This document shows positions 35,420 to 48,062 of a stretch of 64,000 nucleotides of DNA, piece by piece. The DNA is from Mobula hypostoma. Lineage: Eukaryota. The stretch lies in contig NC_086097.1 in the NCBI RefSeq assembly GCF_963921235.1, positions 22,260,001 through 22,324,000 of the forward strand, in the 5' to 3' direction. The notes under the pieces are model-generated. The model worked only from the letters and a program-made list of their open reading frames with translations. It was not told the DNA's origin and did no database searches. Within the stretch, counting starts at the first letter, position 1. Each line of letters opens with the position of its first letter. A program made the position numbers and the translations under genes.

Positions 35420-35832
35420 TTTAGAAGGAGGAGGAGGGGATCTCATTGATACCCTTTGAATGTTGAAAGGCCTAGACAGGGTAGATGTGGAACGGATGTT
35501 TCCCATGGTGGGGGAGTCGAAGACAAGAGGGCACAGCCTCAGGATGAGGGGGTAGTCCATTTAAAATAGAGATGTGGAGAAATTTCTTTAGCCAGAGGGT
35601 GGTAAATTTGTGAAACTTATTACCGCAGGCAGCTATGGAGGCCAGGTTATTGGGTGTAGGTAAGGCAGAGCTTGATAGGTTCTTGACTGGACACAGCCTC
35701 AAAGTTTACAGGAAGAAGGTTGGGGAGTGGGGCTGAGGAGGAAATGAAAAAGGATCAGACATGATTGAATGGAAGAGCGGACTCAATGGGCCAAAAGGCC
35801 TAATTCTGCTCCTACATCTTATAGTCTTATGT
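35420..35832 (+). mobile_element. CR1 LINE 3' fragment
   Basis: GGGGATCTCATTGA...AGAAATTTCTTTAGCCAGAGGGTGG; CTTATAGTCTTATG tail. Confidence 0.85.
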
Positions 35833-36014
35833 CCACAACACTTGGCAGAACCACACAGAACACAACAAGGAACAAACAGCAGTGAAAACAAGCCCTATTC
35901 CTCCCTTCCTCCTGTGCACACACACAGGACTTTAACCGAGGTCAGGCTTCCAGAGGAAACAGGTTTGGACCCAGAGACACAGAGCTTCTTGGATCAATTC
36001 CACAGCATTTTTAA

Positions 36015-39000
36015 GTGGAAAGGGCAATCAGCCAGAGGTTGTAGTCAACATCGGTATCAGTGACGTGGGTAGGAAGGGTGTAGAAGTCCTGCAAGGAGAG
36101 TTCTGGGAGTTGGGCACTATGTTAAAGGACAGGACTATCAAAGTCGTGATTTCAGGATTGCTACCCATGCCACGTGCTAGTGCAGCCAGAAATAGGAAGA
36201 TTATACAGTTTAACATGTGGCTAACAGGAGGGAAAGCTTCAGAATTTTGGATCATTGGGCTTTCTTTCAGAGAAAGCGGGATCTGTATAGAAGAGACAGT
36301 TTGCACCTGAACTAGAAGGAGATAATATTCTCGCTAAAATTTGCTAGTGCTGCATGAGTGGTGGGATGGGGCTTTAAATTAGGGTTTTTCCCAGGGCTGA
36401 AATGGCTCGCAAGAGAGGGCACAGTTTTAAGGTGCTTGGAAGTAGGTACAGAGGAGATGTCAAGGGCAGAAGGTGGTGAGTGCGTGGAACAGGCTGCTGG
36501 CAACAGTGGTGGAGGCGGATATGGTAGGGTCTTTTAAGAGACTCCTGGAGAGGTACATGGAGGTAAGAAAAATAGAGGGCTATGGGTAACCCCAGGTAAT
36601 TTCTATGTAAGTACATGGTTTGGCACAGTTTTCTGGGCTGAAGGGCCTGTGTTGTGCTGTAAGTTTTCTATGTTTTATGTTTTCTATGTTATTCAGAAGT
36701 ATTTCCTTAATCTGTACATAGAGAGAGGGTGATACTCGATCTCCTACTGAGAATGAGACAGGGAAGGTGACAGGTGTTTGTTGAGGAGAACACCTCGCAT
36801 CTAGTGATCATAATGCTATTTGTTTCAAGAGAAGGATTGGTCTGGTCCTCGGGATGAGATTCTAAGTTGGAGAAAGATCAACATAGGCAGTTTCAGAAAG
36901 GATCTGGCAAGTGCGAATTGTGACACGTTGTTTTCTGGCAAAGGTGTACTTGGTAAGTGGGAGTCTTCAAAAGTGAAATTTTTGAGAGTACTGAATTTGT
37001 ATGTTCCTGTCAGAATAAAAGGCAAGGATAATAAGTTTAGGGAACCTCGTTTCCAAGATATATTGAGGCTCTGATTGAGAAAAAGAAAAGAGGTGCATAG
37101 CTGGTACGGGCAGGTTGGAGAAAATGAAGTACTTGAGGAGTATAAGAAATGCAAGGGAACACTTAAAGAGGAAATCAGGAAGGCTAAAAAAAAGACATGA
37201 GGCTGCTCTAGCAGACAAGATGAAGGAGAATCCTAAGGTGTTCTACATATATATTAAGAGCAAAAGGATTGCAAAAGACAAAATTAGTAGAGTGGTCATC
37301 TGTGCATGGAGCCAGAAGAGATGGGGGAGATGTTGCATGGATTTTTCCATCTGTATTTACTTTGGAGACAGAAACAGAATCTATATAAGTAAAGCCATGC
37401 AGCAGTGTGACCCTATACAGAGGATGTGTTGTTGTCTTGAGAAGAACATTAGGGTGGATAAATCCCTAGGGCTTGACAAGATATTCCCTCAGATCCTATA
37501 GGAGGCTAATGTGGAAATTGCAGGGGCCCTAGCAGAGCTATTTAAAACATCCCTAGCCACAGGTGAGGTGCCATGGGACTGGACAATACCTAATGTATGT
37601 TCTGTTGTCCAAGAAAGGCTCTAAGAATAAGCCAGGAAATTACAGGCTGTGAGCCTGACATCAGTGGCGGCAAGTTATTGGAAGTTATTCTAAGGGATCA
37701 GATATATAAGTATTTGGACAGACAGGAACTGATTAGGGACAGTCAACATAGCTTTATGCTTGCTTAACCAATTTTATAGAGTTTTTCAAGGAAGTTTCCA
37801 GAAAAGGTGATGAAGGCAAGACTACATGGACTTTATCAAGGCCTTTGACGTGGGAGGATGGTCAAGAAGGTTCAGCTGCTTCGCATTCAAGATGAGGTAG
37901 AAAACTGGATTAGACATTGGCTTTGTGGAAAAAGCCAGAGTGTAGTAGTAGATGATTGCCTCGCTGACCGAGGCCTGTGACTAGTGGTGTGCTGCAGGGG
38001 TCGGTGTTGGGTCCGTTGTTGTCTGTCACCTATATCAATGATCTGGATGATAATGTGGTTAACTGGATCAGCAATTTTGCAGATGACATCAAGTTTGGGG
38101 GTTTAGTGGACAATAAGGAAGGCTATCAAAGCTTGTAGCAGGGCCTGGATCAGCTGTAAAAATGGCAAATGGAATTTAATGCAGACAAGTATGAGATGTT
38201 GCACTTTGGGACTTACACAGTGAGTAGTAGGACACTGAGGAGTGTGGGAGAACAAATGGATCTGGGAATATGGATCCATACTTCCTTGAAAGTGGTGTAG
38301 ATAAGGATGTAATGAAAGTTTTTGCACGTTTTCCTTCATTGATCAAAGTACTGAATAAAGGAGTAGACATTTTATGTTGAAGCTGTATAAGATGTGCTGA
38401 GGCCTAATTTGGAGTACTGTATGCAGTTTTGTCAACCACCTACAGGAAAGCTATCAATAAGTGAAAGAGTCTAAGAACACTGAGGCTGTCTACAAGAAGG
38501 GTCAGAGCCGTCACCATTTCCTGAGGAGACTGAGGTCCTTTAACATCTGCCGGATGATGCTGAGGATGTTCTACGAGTCTGTGGTGGCCAGTGCTATCAT
38601 GTTTGCTGTTGTGTGCTGGGACAGCAGGCTGAGGGTGGCAGACACCAACAGAATCAACAAACTCATTCGTAAGGCCAGTGATGTTGTGGGGATGGAACTG
38701 GGCTCTCTCACGGTGGTGTCTGAAAAGAGGATGCTGTCTAAGTTGCATGCCATCTTGGACAATGTCTCCCATCCACTACATAATGTACTGGTTGGGCACA
38801 GGAGTACATTCAGCCAGAGACTCATTCCACCGAGATGCAACACAGAGCGTCATAGGAGGTCATTCCAGCCTGTGGCCATCAAACTTTACAACTCCTCCCT
38901 TGGCGGGTCAGACACCCTGAGCCAATAGGCTGGTCCTGGACTTATTTCCTTGCATAATTTACATAGTACTATTTAACTACTTATGGTTTTATTACTATTT

Positions 39001-39475
39001 AATTATTTATGGTGCAACTGTAACTGAAAACCAATTTCCTCCGGGATCAATAAAGTATGACTATGTCTATGAGTGCAGAGAACATTTGCAGTGATGTTGC
39101 CAGGACTTGAAGACCTGAGTTACAGGGAAAGGTTGAAAAGGTTTGGACTTTATTCCCTAGAGCGTAGGAGAATGAGGGGAGATTATACAGAGGTACACAA
39201 AATCATGAGGGGTATAGATAGGGTAACTGCAAGCAGGCTTTTTCCAGTGAGGTTGTGTGAGACTAGATCTAGTGGAACAAGCTGCCAGTGGAGGTCGTGT
39301 ATGTAGGTTACATTTCAAGATTTAAGAGAAGTTTGGATCAGCACATGGATGGGAAGTGTATGTAAGGTTCTGGTCTGGGTGACTGCTGATGGGACAAGGC
39401 AGCTCAGTAGTTTGGCATGGACTAGATGGGTCGATGGGCCTGTTTCTGTGCTGTAGTTGTCCATGACTCTATGAC
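36015..39475 (+). mobile_element. Degraded long CR1 LINE (ORF1 esterase, ORF2 EN/RT, 3' end) with nested CR1 3' piece (~36380-36690) and Rex1 (~38470-39070)
   Basis: ORF 36065-36310 VVISGLLPMPRA..NRKIIQFNMWL; KENPKVFYIYIKSKR; GTGCTGCAGGGGTCGGTGTTGGGTCCG; TTTGCAGATGAC; ORF 39073-39306. Confidence 0.85.
38470..39070 (+). mobile_element. Young Rex1 LINE 3' fragment with (ATGACT)-like tail
   Basis: Open 155-aa ORF 38461-38928 (FLRRLRSF..MFYESVVASAIMFAVVCW); splits the CR1 motif GAAAGAGT/GAGTGCAGAG. Confidence 0.9.
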
Positions 39476-41169
39476 TCCTCCTGCCTGCACAGAACTCTCA
39501 CTCCAGAACCCGCTGACAACTCATTGATTAGGGAGGCTCTTGCCCACTCTCTGCCCATCTGACAGGCGACATACGAACATCTGTGTCATTGAGCTGCAAA
39601 CACGGGGCAGAGACTTAGCTGTACACCCATTATCTTCTCCACACCATCCTCTCCACAGCTTGTGACTGGAATCTCGATAAATGTCAGAGCTTGAACCCTG
39701 AACTGTTTATCTTTCCTGCTTCTTAACTTTCAACTTTGACAAATTAATCAATGTCTGGGCATGAATATTGTTTGAATATCAGTACAAGACCTTGCTGCTC
39801 ATTTGCCTTTTTCTTTGTTCCTCTGTGCCCATCTAATTGTCTGGAGAAGTTATTGGAAAAATAACAAATGGACAGTATGCAAGCTCATTATATTTGAAAT
39901 GACAAATTATATCATGAGCAATGTCAATACGCATTTGAACTCCTAATTCATTTTGCCTAATGAAAACAAAGTAAATATGGTTAACACAATCATGAATATT
40001 GTTCCCTTCAGTCAAGTAAGTAAAATGTAGGAAATCTTCCCAGTGATTGTTGGCACTTAAAAGGACGCAAACCATTAAAGCTGCCTTTATCTTCTTCAAA
40101 GTCGATGTCAAAGTTAATTTGTTAACCATGTACGTATATGTCTCAATATATTGCCTTGAGATTTATTTTCTTGCAGGGATTTACAAGGAAATATTGAAAT
40201 ACAATAGAATTTATGAAAAACTATATATAAATAAAGACTGACAAAAATCAATGTGCAAAAGAAGACAAATTATGCAAATAAAAATAAATAATACTGAGAA
40301 CACGAGTTGTAAAGAGTCCTTGAAGTTGAGCCTGTAGGTTGTGGAATCAGTTCAGTTCTGAGATGAGTAAAATTATCCACTCTGTTTCAGGTGCATGAGG
40401 ATTGTCAGGTATAACTGTTTCTGAACCTGGTGGTGTGGGACCTTAGGCTCCTGTATCTTCTGCCTTATGTTAGTAGCGAGAGAAAGCATGGCCTGGATGG
40501 TGGGGATCCTTGATGATGGATGCTGCTTTCTTGTGGCAACGCTCCCTGCAAATATTTACCATGGTGAGGAGAGTTTTATCTTGGTCTCTGAACTACAGTA
40601 TAGTCCAAAATATTTTTGTGATTGGTGTAATTCTTGGATATACCTCGACACAAGAGATCCGAAAAGCCGCTGAGGTAGGTTTGAAGCGTAGTCTGGGTTG
40701 ATTAATTTTCCTTCTGGGTGCGAAAATAAAATTATTCATCTTGGTTGATAGCAGCCGTCACTGTATGAAGACTGCCGGCAATGTAGTAGAGGCCCCAGCT
40801 GAAGACTCCCTACTGCTGTTCTCGCCCAGTACATCAATCAGTCACAGTGTAACTCATGTTTCCACTAAATACATAAATAAATAAAGGCCAGCAATACAGG
40901 CATTGCCCGGTTTCAGCACTGCCTGAGTGTAATCAATCCTCTTCAAACAGGGCTTTCCCCACCGCAGGCTTGGTTTGTACATTTGTAAAGATAAATAGTC
41001 TCTAAGTAGGTGGATCAACAGGCAAGCGGGCAGAACTGGTTAGTAAAGAGACAGGCCGGGAAGAGAAGATAGAGACAGAGCTGACGGATAGGTACAGAAG
41101 CAGGAGAGTTTCAAATCCGAGAGGACACACACATTTCAGATGAGGAGGGTAAGTCAAGGACCCACAAGA

Positions 41170-41790
41170 CCTTGATGTGATGAGCAGTGTCCACAGAGGC
41201 CCTACGTTGGTCAGGGTTGACCATGAATATTGTATCCCAGCTGTCTACATGATACGCAAGCCAGGGCAGTATGACAGGGAGAGCAAGTTGCTGCCATGTT
41301 GCAGACCACTCCCCCCCTCTCACCACCTCCTGGCAGCTGATGGATCCAAAGGAACAGCAGAGACTAACACAGTTTGGTACCAGTGGCGTCGCAGGAGTTG
41401 CCAGTCAGTGTTGACTCAACATTGGACTGCCTGAGGAACCCTAGCTCTGTATTGTTCTTTGCGGGTTTACTCCTGGTGCCTTCCCCATGAGTGGGTGCAG
41501 CCATAATTTAGTGGAAGTTTCAGATTAGAGTTTTCCTTCTCCTAGATGAGCTGTCAACCACGAGCTCCATCAGCCAGAAGTCACTGGTTTTAAGGTGCCA
41601 GTAAGCCACTTCTCCTGCCTTTTCTCCTGTCAGTTGAAATAGTTCTACAGTACTTATTAGCTAAGCCACAACTGAAGGCCAGGAGCTGGACTTTGTTGTC
41701 AGAGATTATTTGAGACGCACACCATATGAAGCATTTAATAAATCCCCACTTACTGCCAACCCCCGGCTACAACAACTTTAAGGAACTGAG
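41170..41790 (-). mobile_element. RTE-type non-autonomous element, copy 2
   Basis: Colinear with 32180-32745. Confidence 0.6.
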
Positions 41791-41813
41791 CTGCGCCCAC
41801 ATGGTTGAATTGT

Positions 41814-42375
41814 ACACTCAGTGGTCACTTTGTTAGGACAGGAGTGGAACGCGGTGTGGTCCTCTGCTGTTGGAGCCCACCTACTTCAAGGTTCAGCATC
41901 TTGTGTATTCAGAGATGCTCTCTGCACACCACTGTTGCAATGCGTGGCTATCTGAGTAACCACCCTGGCCTTTCTCCTCCGACCTCTCTCAGTAACAAGG
42001 CATTTTTGCCCACAGAACTGCTGCTCACTAGATTTTTTTTCACTCCCACACCATTCCCCGTCAACTCTTAGGCAGGGGTTCCCAACCGTTTTTTTATCGC
42101 GTGGACCCTTACCATTGACCCGGGTGTCCATAGACCCCAAGTTGGGGACCCTGCTCAAGAGAGTGTCGTGTGTGAAAATCCTAGGAGACGAGCAGCTTCT
42201 AGGATACTCAAACCACCCAGTCTGGCACTAACAGTTGTTCTCCATCAATCACTTGGATCACATTTCTTCCCCAGTCTGATGTTTGGTCTGAACAACAACT
42301 AAACCTTTTGACCACGTCTGCGTGCTTTAATGCATTGAACTGCTGCCACATGATTGGGTGATTAAATATTTGCGT
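41814..42375 (-). mobile_element. Tc1-like non-autonomous element
   Basis: TA-CACTCAGTGGTCACTTTGTTAGG terminus; reverse complement matches 7478-7805. Confidence 0.75.
42073..42153. mobile_element. 81-bp hAT (Charlie-like) MITE nested in the Tc1-like element
   Basis: TIRs CAGGGGTTCCCAAC/GTTGGGGACCCTG; degenerate 8-bp TSD CTCTTAGG/CTCAAGAG around NTCTAGAN. Confidence 0.8.
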
Positions 42376-42849
42376 TTAAGGACCACTGAGCATATTCCCC
42401 TTCTGTCATCTTCAAAAGGCTCACCAGCCGGGATATGCTTCTTCTCATTACCATTATCATGGACAAGATACAGGAGCCTGGAAAACCACACTCAAAAATT
42501 TAAGAACAGCTTTTTCCCCTCTACCATCAGATTTCTGAATGGACATTAAACCCGTGTACACCACCCCACTATTCCTCTTTTGCAATATTCATTTATTTAT
42601 TGCAGCTTATAGTAATTTTTTTAATGTATCACACTGTACTGCTGCCAAAACAATAAATTTCATGACATTTATCCAATAATAAACCTGATTCTGATTCTGA
42701 AGTTTAAGGGAGACATGCGGGGCAGGTTTTATTTACACAGAGTGGTGGGTGCCTGAGACGGACGCAGCTGATACAATATTGGTGTTTAACAGGCTGTTCA
42801 ATACATGATGATGCAGATCAAGCACAGGCAGAAGAAATTTAGTTTTAAA

Positions 42850-43050
42850 CACAAGAGGTTCTGCAGATGCTGGAAATCTTGAGCAACACAGACAAAGTGC
42901 TGGAGGAACTCAGCATCAATGGAGGGGAATAAACAACTGACATCTGGGGCTGAAGAATCTCAGCCAAAATGTCAACTGTTTATGCCTCCCCATAGATGCT
43001 GCCTGACTTGCTGAGGTCCTCCAGCATTTTGTGTGAGTGGCTCAAGAAAT
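42850..43050. mobile_element. Collapsed palindromic Penelope-derived module
   Basis: GTGCTGGAGGAACTCAGC...GCTGAGGTCCTCCAGCAT inverted arms meeting within the hammerhead region. Confidence 0.75.
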
Positions 43051-43189
43051 ATGCACATTAGTTTGTTTGTCAATCTTGGTTTGTTGCAGTTTTTCATCGA
43101 TTTGCTTGCATTTCTCTGTTCTACTGTGAAAGTCCACGAGAAAACGATTCCCAAGATAGTGGTTGGTTGGCATGTGTCTGTCTCAAAGG

Positions 43190-43770
43190 ACAATGGGTGA
43201 TGATAACCTTCACAAGCCTGGACAGAAGGTATGGAGATCCTGAGATGCCCAGTCATCAAGATCTCCCCCTCGGCCTCACCAGTGTAGTCCAAAGGAAAGC
43301 TTATGAAGCAATACGCTTGGCACCAGCTTGGCTGCAGGAGCTGCCAGGAGGACGTTCAGTGATATCCAAGGCCTTAGGGGCTCCACTCCAGATTTGCTGT
43401 CTGGGATTTACTCCCGTACCCTTCGTCTCTCCCGAGGCTTCCCACAAGGCAGTGGGGCATAGCTGTGGGTCTGGTTCACGAGCACCGGGCGTGTCCATAT
43501 GCCTGTGGGCCTGCGTGCTACGTGTACAGGGGTTAGACCACCTCCCCATCCTCTGTAGTTCAGCCTGAGTCTGAAAGGAGCTCGGTGTCCGTGTGTCGCC
43601 AGCGAGGAGGCTGTACATGAGGCTTGCTGTTGGAGAGGATATGTACTGGCAGGGGGAGACTTACACATTCAGCTCTCCTTTTTGCAAGACTGCTAGCCGG
43701 CGGTGGAAGCTGAAAGTGACAGCAACAAGCATTACTACAACACTACCACACTAGATGCATCACAACAACC
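43190..43770 (-). mobile_element. GC-rich non-autonomous retroelement, RTE-like
   Basis: Shares TTGGCACCAG..GCAGGAGCTGCC and GGATTTACTCC blocks with the 32180 and 41170 copies. Confidence 0.45.
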
Positions 43771-43782
43771 ATTTTGACACCA

Positions 43783-44268
43783 TATACTTTATACTTTATT
43801 GTCACCAAACAATTGGTACTAGAACGTACAATCATCACAGCGATATTTGATTCTGCGTTTCACACTCCCTGGATTACAAATATTAAATATTAAAGATATT
43901 AAAAATAGTTAAAATTAGTAAATATGAAAAATTTAAATTATAAATCATAAATAGAAAATAGAAAAATGGGGGAAAAAGTGCAAAAAAAACTGAGAGGCAG
44001 GTCCAGATATTTGGAGGGTACGGCCCAGATCCGTGTCAGGATCCATTCAGCAGTCTTATCACAGTTGGAAAGAAGCTGTTCCCAAATCTGGCTGTACGAG
44101 TCTTCAAGCTCCTGAACCTTCTCCTGGAGGGAAGAGGGATGAAAAGTCTGTTGGCTGGGTGGGTCGTGTCCTTGATTATCCTGGCAACCCTACTCCGACA
44201 GCGTGCGGTGTAAAGTGAGTCCACGGACGGAAGATTGGTTTGTGTGATGTGCTGTGCTGTGTTCACAT
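43783..44268 (-). mobile_element. Young Rex1 LINE 3' end with (GTATAAA)n tail
   Basis: ORF 44036-44266 LPSVDSLYTARC..LPSRRRFRS..NSFFP. Confidence 0.9.
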
Positions 44269-45879
44269 GGTGATATATACCTACATTGATACTAAATTTA
44301 CTTTCAACTTTGAACTTAGAAATTTAGTTCCATTCAGCATAATTGTTAGCACAGGCATTGTGGGCTGGAGGGCCTGTTCCTGTGCTGTTCTCTATGGGAA
44401 GGAGAGATACATATGGTCATAGAGAGATAGTCAGAGCTAGTAAATGGGCAGACAGATAGCTGCAAGATGCAGTGTGTGGTGGGACTGCTGCTGCTACCTG
44501 TTATTATTACAGTGATAGATTCAATCATCAGGTGACTTTCCAGATGCCACTCAGGATGGTGCCTTCAACAGGACTCTGGAGGGGCACCAGTAGAGTCCAT
44601 TTTCTCTATGAGCCAACTGGTGCGGCAGCTGTTCACCTCATCTTCTCCATTCTCTCCGTCTTTCCCTTCTCTATGGGAGGCACCTATTCAAATGCAAACA
44701 CTTGACATTTCCTGGAGATTCCCACTTGGATATCTGCCAGGCTTGGCTAGTCACAGTCCCAGTTACTACAATCATATGCAAAATAAGCCTGTCTTGTCTC
44801 AAAATATGTAGACCAAGATGTGTAAACATGCCTTAAAACTACTTATAAACAGAAGAAATTCTGTAGATGCTGGAAATCCAAAGCAACATACATAAAATGC
44901 TGGAGGAACTCAGCAGGTTAGGCAGCATCCATGGAACTTAACAGCCGATGTTTATAAAAGCAAAAACAAGCTACTTATAAAAGCTAACGCAGCGATTAGG
45001 GAAATGCTTTAGAGTGCATTAGTTGTAAGTCGGGTTTGGATATCTACTGCTGCCTGTCTGGAGTTTGTATGTTCTCCCCATGTTTGTGAGGGTTTCCCCT
45101 TGGTGGTGCAGTTTCCCCCATGTTCCAAAGCTGTACAGGATAGAGATCGGGTTCATAAGTTGTAGGCATGCTACGTTGGTTTCGGAAGCATGGCGATAGG
45201 TGTGGGCTGCTCCCCAGTAAGTGGACTTCGTTTGTCATTGATGAAAACGAAGCCTTTCATCAAATGTTCTGACGTTTCGATGTACACATGACAAACGAAT
45301 ATTGAGGAAACAGCGAGTCTGCAGAAGAACTTAGATCTAAGTAATAGCGTATAGGTAAGTGTATAAAGTTTGGTAAAAGGAATAACAGCATAGATTATTT
45401 TCTAAGTGGGGAGAGAATTCACATATCAGAGATACAAAGGGTCTTGGTAGTCCTTATGCACGACTCCCTGAAGATTAACTTGCAGGTTGAGTTGATAGTA
45501 AGAAAGCCAAATACAATGTTAGCATTCATTTCAAGAGGACTAGAATATAAAAGCACAAATGTAATGTTGAGGCTTTATAAGGTACTGATCAGACCACACT
45601 TGGCGTATTGTGAAAGTTGTGTACTCCTTATCTATATTAAACAGTGGTTGAGCCACATCCCTGATAGGAACCAAGACAAATGCAAACGACCATCGAGCCT
45701 TTCCACCTTGCACCTATTAATTCTCTCTCCCACAGACAACCTACATTACTCACTTCACCTCTGAAAAGGGATTCCCACTGAATGTCAATGTATTGAAAAT
45801 TTATTATCAAACTACATACTATATACTACCTTGAAATTCATTTTCTTGCCAGCATTTACAGGAAAATAAAGAAATAAAT

Positions 45880-46065
45880 ATCACACACAAAATGCTGGCG
45901 GAACTCAGCAAGCCAGGCAGCACCCACCGAAAGGAATAAACAGCCGATGTTTTATCATGAAATGTCGACTGTTTATTCCTTTCCATAGATGCTGTCTGAT
46001 CTGCTGAGTTCATCTGGCATTTTGTGTGTGTGTTACTCTGGATTTTTAGCTACTGCTGAATCTCG
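45880..46065. mobile_element. Collapsed palindromic Penelope-derived module (~150-bp hairpin)
   Basis: ACACACAAAATGCTGG...AAAGGAATAAACAGCCGATGTTT / GAAATGTCGACTGTTTATTCCTTT...GCATTTTGTGTGT. Confidence 0.8.
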
Positions 46066-46714
46066 TCTTAAAAAATACAATTGAATTGATGAAAAGTTCT
46101 ACATAGACAAAGATAGACAAGCAACCAATTTGCAGAAAAGAACATTTTTTAAAATTATAAATAAAATAATAAATAAATAAAAGTGAGAGCATGAGTTATT
46201 GAGTCTTGATAGTTCTGTAGGTTGTGAAATTAGTTCAGAGTTGAAGTGAGTGAACTTAACCAGGCAAAAAGCACAGTTTACATTCAACCAAAATTCTACA
46301 GAGTTTGCTTTCTCCCTTCATCTACAGCATGTTGTTGCATTGCCCAGAAAGCTTTTGCTTCCAGCCATAAGAGAACTCATCTCATCTTAGGCTTCCTTTA
46401 GTTACTACCCCAATCATATTTGCTTTTAGAAACACAACAATGATTTTAACTCTACCCACATGTTGTAAAGTAGTCACAGCAACCCGAATCGTCTTTATTT
46501 ATTCTTTTGTGGGATGTTGATATTGTTTGCAATGCCAGCACATCCCTAATTAACCCTTTGAACCGATTGGCATTCTGGGTCATTCAGAGGACAGATATGT
46601 GTCAACCACTGGCATGTTTGGAGTCCCATACCTGAATGGGTAAGAACATCAGTGAGCCAGATAGGTTTTTATGGCACTATCATTTTTCAAACATTCTTTA
46701 TTATTATTAAATTT

Positions 46715-46918
46715 TATTTAGAGGTACAGCATAGTAACAGACCCTTCCATCTCAACAAGCCCATGCTGCCCTACTAACCCACACATCTTTGGAACGTGAG
46801 AGGAAACAAAACAGCTGAAGGAAACCCACATGGTCACAGGAAAACGTACAAACTCCTCGCAGACAATGATGGAATTGAACCTGGGTAGTTGGATCTGTAA
46901 TAGTGTTATGCTAACAGC
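46715..46918 (-). mobile_element. V-SINE with CR1-like tail
   Basis: Reverse-complement GGTTCAATTCC, GAGTTTGTACGTTTTCCTGTGACC; tail GAAGGGTCTGTTACTATGCTGTACCTCTAAATAAA. Confidence 0.75.
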
Positions 46919-46919
46919 T

Positions 46920-47600
46920 AAATCCGTGAGAGGAGAAGATGGTAACGCGACGCAGCTCACAGCGGTCACACCGGTGGTGATGTCTGTTATTTGTCAAGTA
47001 GAGTGCCGTGCACAATCCTGATTTGATGGAGACGGACGTGAGAGCACGGAGGAACATCTGGTGAAACATCTGAAATGCCTTCTTCGCTGCTGCTGCTACT
47101 GTGTGGTCCAGAATCTACAGAGGAGAAGGCCCCGAGTCCTCGGCTTTGCTCGTTGCTCGGCGGCCGGGGCGGGGTCGAAATGCTCGACAGAGGATGGTGT
47201 TCAGTGCTCCGTGTCGGAGGGCTGGTCGGAGGCTTGAAGTTTTCGGTCGGACTCAGAGCCCACTGCGGTCGGGTGCTTTCAATGGTGCTGCATCAGCAAG
47301 TTCGTGGTGCTTGGAGGTTCATGGCAGGGAGATTTCCTCCCTTCTGCCGCCTGCGTGAGATGATGAGTCTATCGGGACTTTGAGACTTTTTTTTTACCAT
47401 GCCCATGGTCTGCTCTTTATCAACAGTGCTTTGCACTGTTGTAACTATATGTTATAATTATGTGGTTTTGTCAGTTTTAGTCTTGGTTTGTCCTGTGTTT
47501 TCTTGTGATATCATTCTGGAGGAATGTTGTATCATTTTTTAATGCATGCATTTCTAAATGACAATAAACGAGGACTGAGTGTCCTCATAATCTAATCTAA
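46920..47600 (+). mobile_element. CpG-rich non-coding non-autonomous retroposon with (TAATC)n tail
   Basis: 5' GAGAAGATGG motif, high CpG, T-rich 3' UTR, AATGACAATAAA, terminal hairpin GAGGAC..GTCCTC, tail TAATCTAATCTAA. Confidence 0.6.
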
Positions 47601-47959
47601 AAAAGTCTTTTAAAAAAGCCAGAATAAGAAGGTGGGGGGAAGTGGTAGGAGTACTGGAGGAAGGTGAGAAAGGAAGAAGAAAAGGAAGTTTACTGTACTG
47701 CAGAGTTAAAAGTGAGAATTGTGATGGGAAAAGTTTCCTTGCGTATTGGATCCTACTTTAGAGTGGGCTACTCCTGCTATGCTGTCATATTCCTCCCAGT
47801 TCTCAGACACTAGTCCAAAAACAGATGGAGGAACTCTGAAATGGAAATACTCAGGGGTCTGAGAGAAAGAGGCAGATTCAATGCTTCATGTTGATAACTT
47901 GTCATCAGCTCTAATCAAATTTCAGGTGACCTGAAATGTTGGTTTTATTTTTCTCCCCA

Positions 47960-48062
47960 CAGAATCCTGATGAAGGGTCTCTGCTTGAAATGTTGACTGT
48001 TTATTCCTCTCTATACATGCTATCGGACCTGCTGAGTTCCTCCAACACTTTCTGTGTGTTTC
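47960..48062 (+). mobile_element. Penelope-like 3' module with hammerhead core at 47963-47998
   Basis: CTGATGA-AGGGTCTCTGCTT-GAAA-TGTT-GACT followed by GACCTGCTGAGTTCCTCCA. Confidence 0.7.

Noticed and set aside
40671..40692. TGAGGTAG let-7-like seed
   Set aside because: The rest does not match let-7 and no complementary 3' arm is present.
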